Positions 36,293 to 50,264 of a stretch of DNA of 64,000 bases are shown here, in pieces. A program made the translations under genes and the position numbers. The DNA comes from Mobula hypostoma (Eukaryota): assembly GCF_963921235.1 (NCBI RefSeq), contig NC_086097.1:33606001-33670000 (forward strand), written 5' to 3'. A model generated the notes under the pieces. That model ran no database searches and was not told the origin of the DNA. It saw only the letters and a list, made by a program, of their open reading frames with translations. Within the stretch, counting starts at the first letter, position 1. Each line of letters opens with the position of its first letter.

Positions 36293-38826
36293 AGGAATAA
36301 ACTCTTCTCGGGCTTCCAGCTGGTGCAAGTATGGATTGTAACCGACGTTTCGATGACAAACACTGCCATCTTCATTAGGGATGATGCCTGAGCATGTCTA
36401 GTCCAGTGGTATTTATATCCCCCATAGTCTGTCCCTCCTGATTGGTTCGTCCTCATCCAATCAGGTTTCCGCTCTCCCACCTTGTTTACAATCAAATTCT
36501 AGTTTTTACTCGGAGTGAGACATTTGTCTTTGTTAACATTTTTTTCCTCTAGTTTCATTTCAATAGCTTCCTTCACCAGGCAATCCCAAAAGCCACTGGC
36601 ATGGCACTGTAGTTTTGTGCCGTCAAAGTCAATCCTGTGGCCATTGTGAATGCAGTGTTCTGCTACTACCGATTTCTCTGTGTAACCCAAATGGATACAC
36701 CTCCTGTACTCCTTGATGTGGGTTTCCATTGTGCACCCCGTCTGGCCGATATACGCTGCTCTGGATTCACAGGTAGTCCTGAAAACGCCAGGCGTTCTGA
36801 GTCCCAGATCATCTTTGACCTGCATAGACTGTGAATTGAGCTTCCTTATCACAAGATCACAAGACAAAGGAGCAGAAGTAGGCCATTCGGCCCATCGAAT
36901 CTGCTCCGCCACTCCACCATGAGCTAAACTATTCACCCATCTGGTTCCAATTTCCAGCTTTTTCCCCATATCCCTTGATACCCTGACTAATTAGATACCC
37001 ATCAATCTCTAATGGGTATGTGGATGGTATTAATCTGGTATTTCTTCAGGATCTTGGCAATCCTTCAAGAAACTGTTTGGAAATATAGGGAAGACAGGTG
37101 GTAACGACATGTTCTTTCTTGTTGTTAGGTTTCCTAGGTTTTCCGTCAGCCCTTTTAAGGATTGATTTCTTTCACCTTGTAACCATTCTGTGGGGATGTT
37201 GTGCATAATCATCTTATTTCATCAGGAGGATTCATTGGGCCCGAAATAGTTTTCACACAGTTAATCAAAGTAAAAAGAATCACTGTACATTGGGAGGCAT
37301 GATGGTGGCTGTTATTGTTGAGGTATAAGCCCGTGTGAGTGGATTTCTAATAGACCCCATGTCCGAGGCTACCATCCAGTTTCCATCATATTAGAATGTC
37401 CAGGAATGGGATGCAACCATTCTTCTCCATCTCCACCATAAATTGAATGTTTGGATGTATACTGTTCAGATGGTTGTGGAACTGTTGGAGTGCCTGGAGT
37501 TCATGAGGCCACACTACAAAGGTGTCATTGACGTACCTGAAGAAGCATTTGGGGCATATGGACGATGAACTCAGAGCCCTCTCCTCAAAGTCTCCATGTA
37601 GAAAGTAGCAATAGCCGGTGACAAGAGTGATCCATGACCACGCTGCCGTTTGTTCATAGTAGTTCCCCTTATAAGGGAAGTACATCGATGTAAGGGTGGG
37701 TTCACAAAGGTCACCCCTTATCAAACCTTGACCGCAGGAGGACCAAGCTGTCCTTAATGGGAACTCTCATGAGCAGGGACACCACGTCAAAACGGACCAT
37801 TATGTCCCCTGGGTTCACCTGGATGTTGGTTATTCTTTTAATGAAGTCGGTCGAATTCATAATGTGATTCTCACAGCACCCAACAAAGGGAGACAGCATA
37901 GTTGTTAAGTGCTCAGCAAGGTAGTAAATCAGAGAATCTATCCCACTGATGATAGGCCTTGGGAGAGAACCTTCCTTGTGTATCTTAAGAAGATGATAAG
38001 GTCTTGGTGGTACTGACACCTGAGGCAGAAGTGTCTTGCCGATGTATGCTGGCAGCCTGGATTTTTTCAGTAAAGCAGAGGTCATCCTCACAGTTGAATC
38101 TGTGGGATCGTGCTGTAGAATTCTGAGGGCGGGATTATCCAGGATCTGTTGGACTTTCCTGTGATCTTCCTCAGAGGACATCAGGACCACTGCATTTCCT
38201 TTGTCTGCTGGTAAAATCATGATGGCTGAGTTTTGCCATAGTGCCTGGAGGGTCAGTCACTCTCCTTTGGTAATGTTCAGTTTCGGCAAAAGAGCCCTTT
38301 TGAGGGTCATGCAGACCTCTGTCGTTACCTCCTCCATGGTATCTGGTGGTGGTTTTCGGATTGCTTGCTCTACTCTGCCAGTGTAATTCTGATAAGGTAT
38401 AGCTCTGGGGACTAGAGTAAAGTTTAGCCCCTTGACAAAGTCTGATCTAGTTGCCTTGTCAATGCAACTCGTTGATGACTATCCTTTCTGTGCCCAATGG
38501 TGGGATGAATGCACTTTGCCATTGAAATAAGACTAGAGGAAAAGAAATTTAACAAAGGCAAAAGTCTCACTCTAAGTAAGAACTGGAATTTGATTGTAAA
38601 CATAGTGGAAGAGGGGAAACCAGATTGAATGAGGACTAACCAATCAGGAGGGACGGACTACAGGGAGTATAAATACCACCAGACTAGACGTGCCGAGGCA
38701 TGATCCCTGATGGAGCTGGCAGAGTTTGTAATTGAAACGTTGGTTATAATTGATACTCATACCCGGCTGGAAGCCCAAGAAGAGTTTATTCATCATGTAT
38801 GCTGGGAAAGCACTAGATCGTTTTTC
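36293..38826 (-). mobile_element. Penelope-like element family B (Poseidon-like): degenerate RT + GIY-YIG, inverted 5' pseudo-LTR
   Basis: ILPADKGNAVV, RPIISG, FDVVSL, RYVNDTF, IPFLD, YIGQTG...EH...KEAIE motifs; 38517-38800 is an inverted copy of 36296-36570; near-TSD gtgttctttctt / gtgttcttactt. Confidence 0.88.
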
Positions 38827-41800
38827 GTGTTCTTACTTTAAAAATTGTGCATGATTTATGTTTTATGTTTTTCTTGTGAATGCTGCTTATATGTTCTGTG
38901 CCTGTGATGCTAGAGTCATTAAAAAAAATAATCTTCTGAACTCTTGTGTGAGTAACCCTGTGGAAAAATATCTGGATATTAAAATGAATATTGCTTGATA
39001 TTATGGGGACACTTTTACCTATTACAAAAATATCCGGATGCCTGACTGTTTAGATAAGCAGGGACCATTTAGGATCCCTTGCTTCACTCAATTTGGGGAA
39101 ATATCCAACAAAAACTGGCAGCCTGGTATGTCTAAAATTACTTTTCCTAAAAATGATCTTTCCTTGAACATGTTGAATGTTTGTATTCCAACACATTAAA
39201 TAGATTTCGGAAGTGATAGGTTAAAATTCCCCCCAAACATTTAGTCCATATTTTTCTAAAATCTCAGACAGATTGCATCTACTGTAGATACCAATACTGT
39301 CTCATTGCTGCCTTTTAGACTTTTTCCCAAGGTGGAAATGACTATTCCAAGGGGGCATAACTTTAAGGTGTTGAGAGGAAAGTATAGGGGGGGATGGCAG
39401 AGACCGTTTTTTTCACACAGCGAGTGGTAGGTGCATGGAGCACACTGCAGGGGGCAGTGGTAGAGTCAGATACATTAGGAATATTTAAGAGACTTTTAGT
39501 TGGGCACAATTAAAATGAGAGGGAAGGGTTTAGATTGATCTTGGTTAAAGGATGGACACAACACCTTGAGCCAATGGGCCTGTTCTGTACTGCTCTACGT
39601 TGTGTGTAATTAATTTATCAATTGGCATTGTGGGAAGTAACAGCTTTTAAAACAGCCATTTTAATCAAAATTCATTATAGCTTTAAATGTGTAAATCCAT
39701 TCAAGTATTATCAATAGTTCAGAGAAATGAGCTAGCAACATTTGATGTTTAAAGTTAAGTTTAATTGTCATTCAACCATGCATGAATGCCCATGAATATA
39801 GCCAAATGAAACAGCATTACTCCTTGGCCAAGGCGTAAAACATAGTTCCAACAGTCATACACAGAGAAAGGCACAAATAGTAAGATGTCAGTAACACAAA
39901 AGAAGTATTGTCTAAGATCCTGACTCCATGAATGTTGCAGTAGTCTGCAGTCGAACGCAATGCATCTTACCTTCTGCTGCGAGACTACTTGGGGGGGGGG
40001 GAGTGGGTGCAGCATCAACTCTAGCATAGACGCGGCGCCCCACTGTCTCTGGCATTACGGTGGAGCGTCCGACTCCTTCACCTCCTCCTGGGCTGCTGCA
40101 AACAGGTGACACTGCGGCTTGAAGCCTAGACCTTGCCGCGACCGAAGCCATGCAGCCTCCCTGCCTTCTGCTCCTGGCCGTTCGCCAATAAGCCAATGAA
40201 CTGGATTTGCTGCATTCCGCGCCACCAATATCTAACAGGGTTCTGCGATTGCAAGACAAGGTACCAAGCTGATCGCTCGCTGTTGGACTGCACACCTCCT
40301 TTGCGTACGGATGCTTTTGTCACAGGCGGCATCATGGTCCGCACCAAGTCCAGCTTCTTAAGTTTCTCCACCAACGAGCAACTCCCTGATGGGTAGACCT
40401 TTCAAGTTCTTAATGTCCAGCAGGGTCTTGCGATTGTAAAAAGTCCATTAAAAAAAAAGACAATAACACCTTTGATCGACCCCAAGGAAATAGCTGCATT
40501 TGAATTTGCTGCTATCTTACTGGAAATGGGCTATCAGGATGAGATATATTGGGGCAAACAGCAGCCAATTGCTGAAAATCGCAATGATATCCCATTCCTC
40601 TGTATTGGTAACTAAAAGAAAACATCAATTACAGGTTACTGAAAAGAAAATCTATTAGATTTATTTGAACTGAGTTCAAGCTCACCTACAAAAGAGTATT
40701 TATAATGCATTGCTTTTGTGATGAAGTATTTTCTTTCAAATCCACCAGATGTCAGTGATGCATTAAATACACCATGATATGTACAGTGAATGCTTTGTTT
40801 ATCAATTATAGTGAACCTTGTATTACATCTAAATGATCTAGTTTTGATACCACCGAGTTATTGTTCAATACAGTGAAGCTTAATTATATTTCTGTCATTA
40901 AAACGCTCTTGGCAAAATTAATTGTGCGGAATCAGGATGTTTATATTCAAATAGCTATGGTTAGATCATTGGTAATTGTACATTATTGGCACGTGAACGG
41001 GTGAACAGTGAAAAGCTTTTATTTACGTGCCATCATTTCATATATTAATACACTGAGGTGTTACAATTACAGAGAAAATACAGTGCAGGTATGTACATGA
41101 AGATTACTTTCATTTTAAAGAGTAGACTTTGATAGAAAGTTGCTACAAATTTTAAGGCAGTAGATGAGACTGGCTTCTCACACGTCAGCTCTCCTCAGTC
41201 CATCAATCACCTCGGATTCCGCTACCTCTTTCCTCCTTATACTGCCTATCTCTAAACCACGCCCCCCCCCCGCCATCTCTCTCAGTTTCTTCATCCTATT
41301 ACAGGGTTTTGATCAAAAATGTGATCAATTCCTAACTCTTTTACACCCCCGAACTTTATAGATGCTGTTCAACCTGCAGAATTCCTCCAGCAGATTGGTG
41401 CTCTCCCCTGTTGGAAATGGTTATTGTCTGATATTTTGGTAGTGTCAATGTTACATGCCATTTGTCAGCCCATGAGAAAGCATAGATCTAGTTTATTTGT
41501 TAAAGAGATGCACATAGAATTGAAGATGGCAGAATCATCAGCAGACATTCCCATTTGTCATGTTAAGGAGGAAGAAACATTATTGAACTACTGCCTTGAG
41601 GAACCTCTGGAGTAATATCTCAGGGCTAGGATGATTGACATTTCTTTGTGTGAAGCAAAAAATTAGCATGTTATCCCTGGATGCCCAGGAAGCCATGTTC
41701 AGTCAGATTTGGTATTGATGTCATTCTCACCTTGCCTCTGGAATTAGGACATGTTTGGACCTAGATTGCAATGAGGTCTGGGGACAAGTCATCCTGGCAA

Positions 41801-41884
41801 AACACCATCTGGACACTGGTGAGTAAGAGCTGCCTAATGGCATTGTTGGCAACATCTTCCATCAGTCGATGATTATGTGTAGGT

Positions 41885-44800
41885 TGAATTGAATTGACTT
41901 TATTTCTTACATTCTTCACATACATGAGGGGTAAAAATCTTTACGTTACGTCTCCATCTAAATGTGCAATGTGCAATCATAGTAATTTAAAATAATTTAT
42001 GATAAATAGAACAGCCAATGTATTGAAGAGTACACTCAAATCAGTGTGATCCATCAGTCTGATGGCCTGGTGGAAGAAGCTGTCCCAGAGCCTGTTAGTC
42101 CTGGTTTTTATGCTGCGGTACCGCTTCCCGGATGGTAGCAGCTGGAATAGATTGTGGTTGGGATGGCCTGTGTCCCCAATGACCCTATGGGCCCTTTTTA
42201 CACATCTGTCCTTGTAAATGTCCTGAATCGTGGGAAGTTCACAACTGCAGATGCGCTGGGCTGTCTGTACCACTCTCTGCAGAGTCCTGTGATTATGGGA
42301 GGTACAGTTCCCATACCAGGCAATGATGCAGCCAGTCAGGATGCTCTCATTTGTGCCCCTATAGAAAGTTCTTAGCATCTGGGGGCCCATACCAAACTTC
42401 CTCAGCTGTCTGAGGGTAAAGAGGCACTGTTGTGCCTTTTTCATCACATAGCTGGCGTGTACAGAACATGGTGATGTGCATGCCGAGGAACTTGAAGCTG
42501 TTTACCCTCTCAACCCTAGATCTATTGATGTCAATAGGGGTTAGCCCGTCTCCACTCCTACTGTAATCCACAACCAGCTCCTTTGTTTTTGTGACATTGA
42601 GGGAGAGGTTGTTTTCTTGACACCACTGTGTCCGAGAGATGACTTCTTCCCTGTAGGCTGCCTCATTATTGTTTGAGATAAGACCAATCGATGTAGTGTC
42701 ATCGGCAAATTTAATTAGCAGATTGGAGCTGTGGGTGGCGATACGATCATGGGTATACAAGGAGTAATTCTCATAGAATTTTTTGAGGATGTAACTAGTA
42801 GAGTGGATAGGGGAGAACCAGTGGATGTGGTATATTTGGATTTTCAAAAGGCTTTTGACAAGGTCCCACACAGGAGATTAGTGTGCAAACTTAAAGCGCA
42901 CGGTATTGGGGGTAAGGTATTGATGTGGATAGAGAATTGGTTGGCAGACAGGAAGCAAAGAGTGGGAATAAACGGGACCTTTTCAGAATGGCAGGCAGTG
43001 ACTAGTGGGGTACCACAAGGCTCAGTGCTGGGACCCCAGTTGTTTACAATATATATTAATGACTTGGATGAGGGAATTAAATGCAGCATCTCCAAGTTTG
43101 CGGATGACACGAAGCTGGGCGGCAGTGTTAGCTGTGAGGAGGATGCTAAGAGGATGCAGGGTGACTTGGATAGGTTGGGTGAGTGGGCAAATTCATGGCA
43201 GATGCAATTTAATGTGGATAAATGTGAAGTTATCCACTTTGGTGGCAAAAATAGGAAAACAGATTATTATCTGAATGGTGGCTGATTAGGAAAAGGGGAG
43301 GTGCAACGAGACCTGGGTGTCATTATACACCAGTCATTGAAAGTGGGCATGCAGGTACAGCAGGCAGTGAAAAAGGCGAATGGTATGCTGGCATTTATAG
43401 TGAGAGGATTCGAGTACAGGAGCAGGGAGGTACTACTGCAGTTGTACAAGGCCTTGGTGAGACCACACCTGGAGTATTGTGTGCAGTTTTGGTCCCCTAA
43501 TCTGAGGAAAGACATCCTTGCCATAGAGGGAGTACAAAGAAGGTTCACCAGATTGATTCCTGGGATGGCAGGACTTTCAAATGAAGAAAGACTGGATGAA
43601 CTAGGCTTGTACTCGGAATTTAGAAGATTGAGGGGGGATCTGATTGAAACGTATAAAATCCTAAAGGGATTGGACAGGCTAGACGCAGGAAGATTGTTCC
43701 CGATGTTGGGGAAGTCCAGAACGGGATTCACAGTTTACGGATAAAGGGGAAGCCTTTTAGGACCGAGATGAGGAAAAACTTCTTCACACAGAGAGTGGTG
43801 AATCTATGGAATTCTCTGCCACAGGAAACAGTTGAGGCCAGTTCATTTGCTATATTTAAGAGGGAGTTAGATATGGCCCTTGTGGCTACAGGGATCAGGG
43901 GGTATGGAGGGAAGGCTGGTGCAGGGTTCTGAGTTGGATGATCAGCCATGATCATAATAAATGGTGGTGCAGGCTCGAAGGGCCGAATGGCCTACTCCTG
44001 CACCTATTTTCTATGTTTCTAAAGGAGGGGACTCAGTACGCAGCCCTGAGGGGCTCTTGTATTGAGAGTCAGAGGGTTGGAGGTGAGGGAGCCCACTCTT
44101 ATAGCCTGCTGGCAATCTGACAGGAAGTCCAGGATCCAGCTGCACAAGGCAGGGCCAGGGCCGGGGTCTCTGAGCTTCCTGTTGAGCCTAGATGAAACTA
44201 TGGTGTTGAATGCTGACCTGTAATCCAAGAACAGCATTCTCACATAAGCATCCTTCTTCTCCAGTTGTATGAGGACGGTAGGTATAGCAGTGGCTATTGC
44301 GTCATCTGTTGATTGGTTATGTTGGTAGGCGAATGGTAGGGGGTCCAGTCTGGGTGGTAACAAGCTGCAGATGTAATCCTTGACCAGCCTCTCAAAGCAT
44401 TTGCTTATTATTGAGGTGAGTGCGACAGGACGGCAGTCGTTCAGGCACGTTACCTTGGTCTTTTTTGGTACAGGGACAATGGTGGATAATTTGAAACAGC
44501 AGGGTACTCTACACTGGGAGAAGGAGAGATTAAAAAAAGTCTGTAAGCACATTTGCTAGTTGTGCTGTGCACATCCTGAGTACTTGCCCTGGGATGCCAT
44601 CTGGTCCCGTAGCCTTGTGACTGTCCACTCGTTGGAAACATCTGCGTACCTCAGCCTCAGAGATGACCAGGTTGCAGGTTGTAGTGATGGCTTTCCTCGG
44701 AGGCTGAGAGTTAGCGACATCGAACCGAGCGTAAAAGCAATTGAGCTCATCTGGGAGAGAGGCCATGATGTTGGCAGCACCACAACGTTTGGCTTTGAAG

Positions 44801-45205
44801 TCTGCGATGGTATGCAGCCCTCGCCACAAGTCACGTGTGCTATTCCTTCTGAATCTTGACTCAATCTTCTCCCCAAATTGTTGTTTCGCAGTCTTGATAG
44901 CTTTGTGCAGATCATAGCTACTTTCCTTGAGCTCTTTTTGAGCTCCAGCAATGTAAGTTCGATGTCGTGCTGTAAGTGCTGGTCGCACAGAACTATTGAT
45001 CCAGGGTTTCTGGTTCGGGAAGACCATGACCAACTTCTGGGGGACAACATCGTCGATGCACTTCTGGACGAAGCACGTGACTCCATCAGTGAACTCGGAG
45101 ACATCCTCATCATGGAAGACATTCCAGTCGACTTTATCGAAGCAGTCCTGCAGCATGGAGGCCGATTGGTCAGACCAACAGTGGGCGGTTTTAATTATGG
45201 CCAAC
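41885..45205 (-). mobile_element. Rex1/Babar-like LINE ORF remnant split by a CR1 insertion
   Basis: [39 protein letters not shown] | YSLYTHD, KFADDTT, LPSGKRY motifs. Confidence 0.9.
42766..44019 (+). mobile_element. Young CR1 LINE (RT to 3' end) nested in Rex1
   Basis: YLDFQKAFDKVPH, GVPQGSVLGP, KFADDTK, RPHLEYCVQFW; few disruptions; ttctatgtttct tail. Confidence 0.94.
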
Positions 45206-45680
45206 TATAGATTAATTGGATTGACCTGCTTTCTCTGTAAAGGATGTATCTGGGCAATTTTGCTTTTGATTGGGTAGATGCCATTGTTGGGATTGTACTG
45301 AAAACACTCAACCAAAGTTGTAACCAGTTCTGAAGTGCTGGATATTGTATGACGCCATAGCATTTGCTGTTTACAGTGGGAGTGATGTAAATATGACATG
45401 GGAGTAAATGCCTGTCGACTGCTGAGGGGGATCGCAAGAGGGAGCTGAGAAGGATTATGCAGTGACAATTCCTCCTGACCATAGCTGTAGATGCTTCTGC
45501 CATGGTAGAACTGAAATTGATGGGTACAGTACCTAGGGATTAACTCTCCAAAGTTTAGAATTTATACCCTGTACGATAGAAGATGATTGTGGTATTGGAA
45601 ATCGATCATCCAAACATCTTTCTCAGCAAGAGTTTCTCAGGGCAGTGTCATAGGGTGAACCATGAAGGATCTATCTAGTT

Positions 45681-45761
45681 CCGGGGTTCCTAAATCTGGT
45701 GTCAATGGACCCTTTGCTTAACGGCATTGGTCCAAAGCATAAAAAAGGTAGGGAACCCCTG
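45681..45761. mobile_element. 81-bp hAT-type MITE
   Basis: Ends ccggggttcc and ggaacccctg; 8-bp near-TSD atctagtt / atctattt. Confidence 0.65.
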
Positions 45762-46145
45762 ATCTATTTCAATCTAAATTTTAACATGTTTCAATTATCT
45801 TGATCCCCCTTTCAGATCAGAACCAACACAGCTAGCTGCTGAGGGTTGTAAGTTCTTAGACTTTTACTGGTTGCAACCACTTCACTTTCACTGATGGAAA
45901 TGTTTTATGATGTGTGGAGGGAATAGGAAAATGAACCACAGTTCATAATTTTCAGGGATTTTCAATGAGGTCGGAAAAAAACCCCTTAAATCAGCACCCA
46001 GTATCGAAAGTTGGGAGATTTTCTTTCCCAAACAGAAGTGGTGGAACATGAAATACTCTGTTTAAAAAACAATTAACTTTTAGCAACATACATCAAAGTT
46101 GCTGGTGAACGCAGCAGGCCAAGCAGCATCTGTAGGAAGAGGTGC

Positions 46146-46181
46146 AGTCGACGTTTCAGGCCGAGACCCTTCGTCAGGACT
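46146..46181 (-). ncRNA. Minimal hammerhead ribozyme motif
   Basis: Same 36-nt motif, in the inverted 5' pseudo-LTR. Confidence 0.7.
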
Positions 46182-47506
46182 AACTGAAGGAAGAGTGAGT
46201 AAGGGATTTGAAAGCTGGAGGGGGAGGGGGAGATGCAAAATGATAGGAGAAGACAGGAGGGGGAGGGATAGAGCCGAGAGCTGGACAGGTGATAGGCAAA
46301 AGGGGATACGAGAGGATCATGGGACAGGAGGCCTAGGGAGAAAGACGGGGAGGGGGGTGACCCAGAGGATGGGCAAGAGGTATATTCAGAGGGACAGAGG
46401 GAGAAAAAGGAGAGTGAGAGAAAGAATGTGTGCATAAAAATGAGTAACAGCTGGGGTACGAGGGGGAGGTGGGGCCTAGCGGAAGTTAGAGAAGGCTTCC
46501 CTTCCTCCACTATCAACTCTGCTCTTAAACGCATCTCCTCCATTTCACGTACATCTGCTCTCACTCCATCCTCCCACCACCCCACTAGGAATAGGGTTCC
46601 CCTGGTCCTCACCTACCACCCCACCAGCCTCCGGGTCCAACATATTCTTCTCCGTAACTTCCGCCACCTCCAACGGGATCCCACCACTAAGCACATCTTT
46701 CCCTCCCCCGCTCTCTCTGCATTCCGCAGAGATCGCTCCCTACACAACTCTCTTGTCCATTCGTCCCCCCCATCCCTCCCCACTGATCTCCCTCCCGGCA
46801 CTTATCCGTGTAAGCGGAACAAGTGCTACACATGCCCTTACACTTCCTCCCTTACCACCATTCAGGGCCCCAAACAGTCCTTCCAGGTGAGGCATCACTT
46901 CACCTGTGAGTCAACTGGGGTGATATACTGCGTCCGGTGCTCCCGATGTGGCCTTTTATATATTGGTGAGACCCGACGCAGACTGGGAGACCGCTTTGCT
47001 GAACATCTACGCTCTGTCCGCCAGAGAAAGCAGGATCTCCCAGTGGCCACACATTTTAATTCCGCGTCCCATTCCCATTCTGACATGTCTGTCCACGGCC
47101 TCCTCTACTGTAAAGATGAAGCCACACTCAGGTTGGAGGAACAACACCTTATATTCCGTCTGGGTAGCCTCCAACCTGATGGCATGAACATTGACTTCTC
47201 TAACTTCTGCTAGGCCCCACCTCCCCCTCGTACCCCAGCTGTTACTCCTTTTTATGCACACATTCTTTCTCTCACTCTCCTTTTTCTCCCTCTGTCCCTC
47301 TGAATATACCTCTTGCCCATCCTCTGGGTCACCCCCCCCCCGTCTTTCTCCCTAGGCCTCCTGTCCCATGATCCTCTCGTATCCCCTTTTGCCTATCACC
47401 TGTCCAGCTCTCGGCTCCATCCCTCCCCCTCCTGTCTTCTCCTATCATTTTGCATCTCCCCCTCCCCCTCCAACTTTCAAATCCCTTACTCACTCTCCCT
47501 TCAGTT

Positions 47507-47542
47507 AGTCCTGACGAAGGGTCTCGGCCTGAAACGTCGACT
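47507..47542 (+). ncRNA. Minimal hammerhead ribozyme motif
   Basis: Same 36-nt motif, in the 3' pseudo-LTR. Confidence 0.7.
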
Positions 47543-48479
47543 GCGCCTCTTCCTATAGATGCTGCTTGGCCTGCTGCGTTCACCAGCAACTTTGATGTGT
47601 GTTGCTTGAATTTCCAGCATCTGCAGAATTCCTGTTGTTTGCATTAACATCTTTGTTCTTTAGCAATGCCATTTGAAGTATTGCAAGCAGTTCTCCAAAG
47701 GCCATTTTTCTAACCAAGGACAGAGTTCAACTTGCAACATAACATCTGGTCAACTAACTGCCACTAAAGAACATTGTTTTAAATAAATAATGTCAATTCT
47801 ATAGAATCATTTGATTTCCACTCAAACCCATCCTCCCTGATACTGACTTGATATCTATACCCTCAAATTGCACCAGTTCTAATAAAACAAGCACAGCCTT
47901 GCCAACCTCCCCTCTTAAACCTTCATAGCTCTGGCAACCACTTTGCAAATCTCCGTACTGCTTTCTTCCCATGGAGTGATGCTCTGTACACTGTACTTCA
48001 GCTTTGATCCACATTGTGGTTTACGTAGTTCTTGTGTGGCAAAACGATTTCAACACAACTTGAGTAACTTTCTTTCCTATTCTCCAGTCCTTTGGTTGGT
48101 ATCCTCTTTCCAAGCACACTGCCTCCCATTGCTCCAATCTGAATTCCATATGACACTTCGTGTCCCTCCTGACCATATTCCTGATATCATCCTGCGCAGC
48201 ACCGATGCCCCTTTCAATCCACAAACCATAGATCATTATAGTTGTAGGAGCAAAATAAAAGGCCAAACAGAATTGGTGCTTGAAATAATTGGCAATGTAT
48301 TTAAAAAAAAAACAGGAGACAAGTCAAAGCTGATCTACCCGAGCATGAATTTGATACAGCTTTTACATTCTCAGTTAATGAGATTCCTAGTAAAACTACA
48401 TTTTGAAAAGAGAATGGTGGCTACAGAAACTCAATTAAGTAACAGACTAATAATAAATTTACTTTGGACTAAAAAGTGC

Positions 48480-49140
48480 ATATGCCACCATATATAACCC
48501 TGAGATTCGTTTTCCTTGTGGGCATACTCAGTAAATCCAACATCCGTAACAGAATCAGTGGAAGGCCATACCCAACAGGACAGACAACCATCGTGCAAAA
48601 CACAACAAACTGTGTAAATACAAAACAAAAAAAAATTATTATTACTTCATGAGAACATGAGATGAAGAGTCCTTGAAAGTGAGACTGTCAGTTGAGAGAA
48701 CATCTCAATGATTGGACAAGTGAGGTGATCCTCTCTGCTTCAAGAGCCTGATGATTAAGGGGTAATTGCTGTTCCTGAAGCTGATGGTGGTGTGAGTTCT
48801 GAGGCTCCTGTACCTTCTTCCTATTGACAGCAGTGAGAAGAGTCTGAGTGGAGCAGGTCCCTGTTGATGGGTGCTGCTTTCCTGAGACAATGATCTGAGA
48901 GGCCGTGCTCAATAGTGGGGAGGGTCCTACCCATGATGGATGGGGCCATATCCACTACTTTTTGTGGGATTTTCTGTTCAAGGACAGTGGTGTTTCCATA
49001 CCAGGCTGTAATGCAGCCTGTCAGTATACTCTCCACCACACATCTACAGAAGTTTGTCAAAACCTTGGTTGTCATGCCGAATCTTTGCTAACTTCTAAAG
49101 TACAGGCCCTGCCGTGCTTTCTTCGTAACTGCACTTACAT
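48480..49140 (-). mobile_element. Rex1/Babar-like 3' fragment
   Basis: LTNFCRCVVESILTGCITAWYG motif. Confidence 0.75.
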
Positions 49141-50228
49141 CCTGATTGCAGTATGATTATCCACAGGTCCAATGGCAAAGCCAATTTTCTAATACAGCAA
49201 TTGCTGCATGTTATAACATAATTAATGAAAGTTCTGAAACTTGATGTCGTCACTGTGCATTCCATCTCTCTCTTCTAGACCTTGTCTGTGGTTTCCCTGT
49301 TACAATTAGTACAATCCACATCCCAATATACTAATTATTAGCCCTCAATTATCTTTCCCCAACAACAAATAGGTTCATGACAGCATTCTACATTAGACTG
49401 GTACATTCCTTAGGCTAGCTCAAGACCTGCATTAATGCTATATCGTGGCTGTAAACTTTCCACTGGATTCTTAACCCAAAGGCCGTGGCAATGGACAATG
49501 TGGGAAATTACCTTGATTTCTGCCAATACATGCAAGGATGACATTTGCCACAATCAAATGGCAAAGCAGAGTCAATGGTCTGAATGGTCTAAATCTGCTC
49601 CCATGTATTATGGGCAAAACAACAGTAGTAGGCTCTTGGCAGATTGAAGCCATGCCAGGTCTCTGTAATAACAATCTAACAAGTCCCACTGCCATGCTAT
49701 TCCACCCCAACAGAAGAACAATGCCATATTTAAATATTTATCCAACTTCACTGACAACTGAATTGCTTCTGTCATCTTTACAGGTAATGAATTGAAGATC
49801 CTACATAGAAGAACCTCCTGCATGATTTTCATGTCTTACACCAGTGGTTCCCAAACTTTTATTGGGTTACCACACCCTCGGCTTCCAAACCACATCCCTG
49901 ATTACAATGCACAGTGAAAGAAAATAGGACCTGCAAATGCAAAACAGAGGCAAATATTTGCAAAAAATATTCAGATCTATTTACAGCTACAAACACAATT
50001 TCTTTAATTACAGTAAAAACAATTTTCAATTTTAGAACATATATCCCACAGATGTGCGGGTTGGTTGGTATATTGTCCATTGTGTGCAACGTGAGGAGGT
50101 TGTAAATTGATTAGAATGTGGGGTGAATTTTTTAAAAAAGGGAATCAGTGTAGGAATTGGTGGCTGACTGTAAGGAGATGAATCTCAAGGTTGTATAAAG
50201 TAATCCCTTACTCACTCTTCCTTCAGTT

Positions 50229-50264
50229 AGTCCTGACGAAGGGTCTCGGCCTGAAACGTCGACT
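50229..50264 (+). ncRNA. Minimal hammerhead ribozyme motif in a ~125-bp solo pseudo-LTR fragment (50202-50328)
   Basis: Same 36-nt motif. Confidence 0.68.

Larger units (their letters stand above)
46083..47642 (+). mobile_element. Young 5'-truncated Penelope family A element with inverted 5' pseudo-LTR
   Basis: Uninterrupted C-terminal frame to 47213 with GIY-YIG (VIYCVRC...YIGET...RFAEH...ATHF); 46083-46493 is the inverted terminal repeat. Confidence 0.92.

Noticed and set aside
49842..49885. hAT-Charlie-like terminus cagtggttcccaaact
   Set aside because: No matching second TIR or TSD found, so the element could not be delimited.
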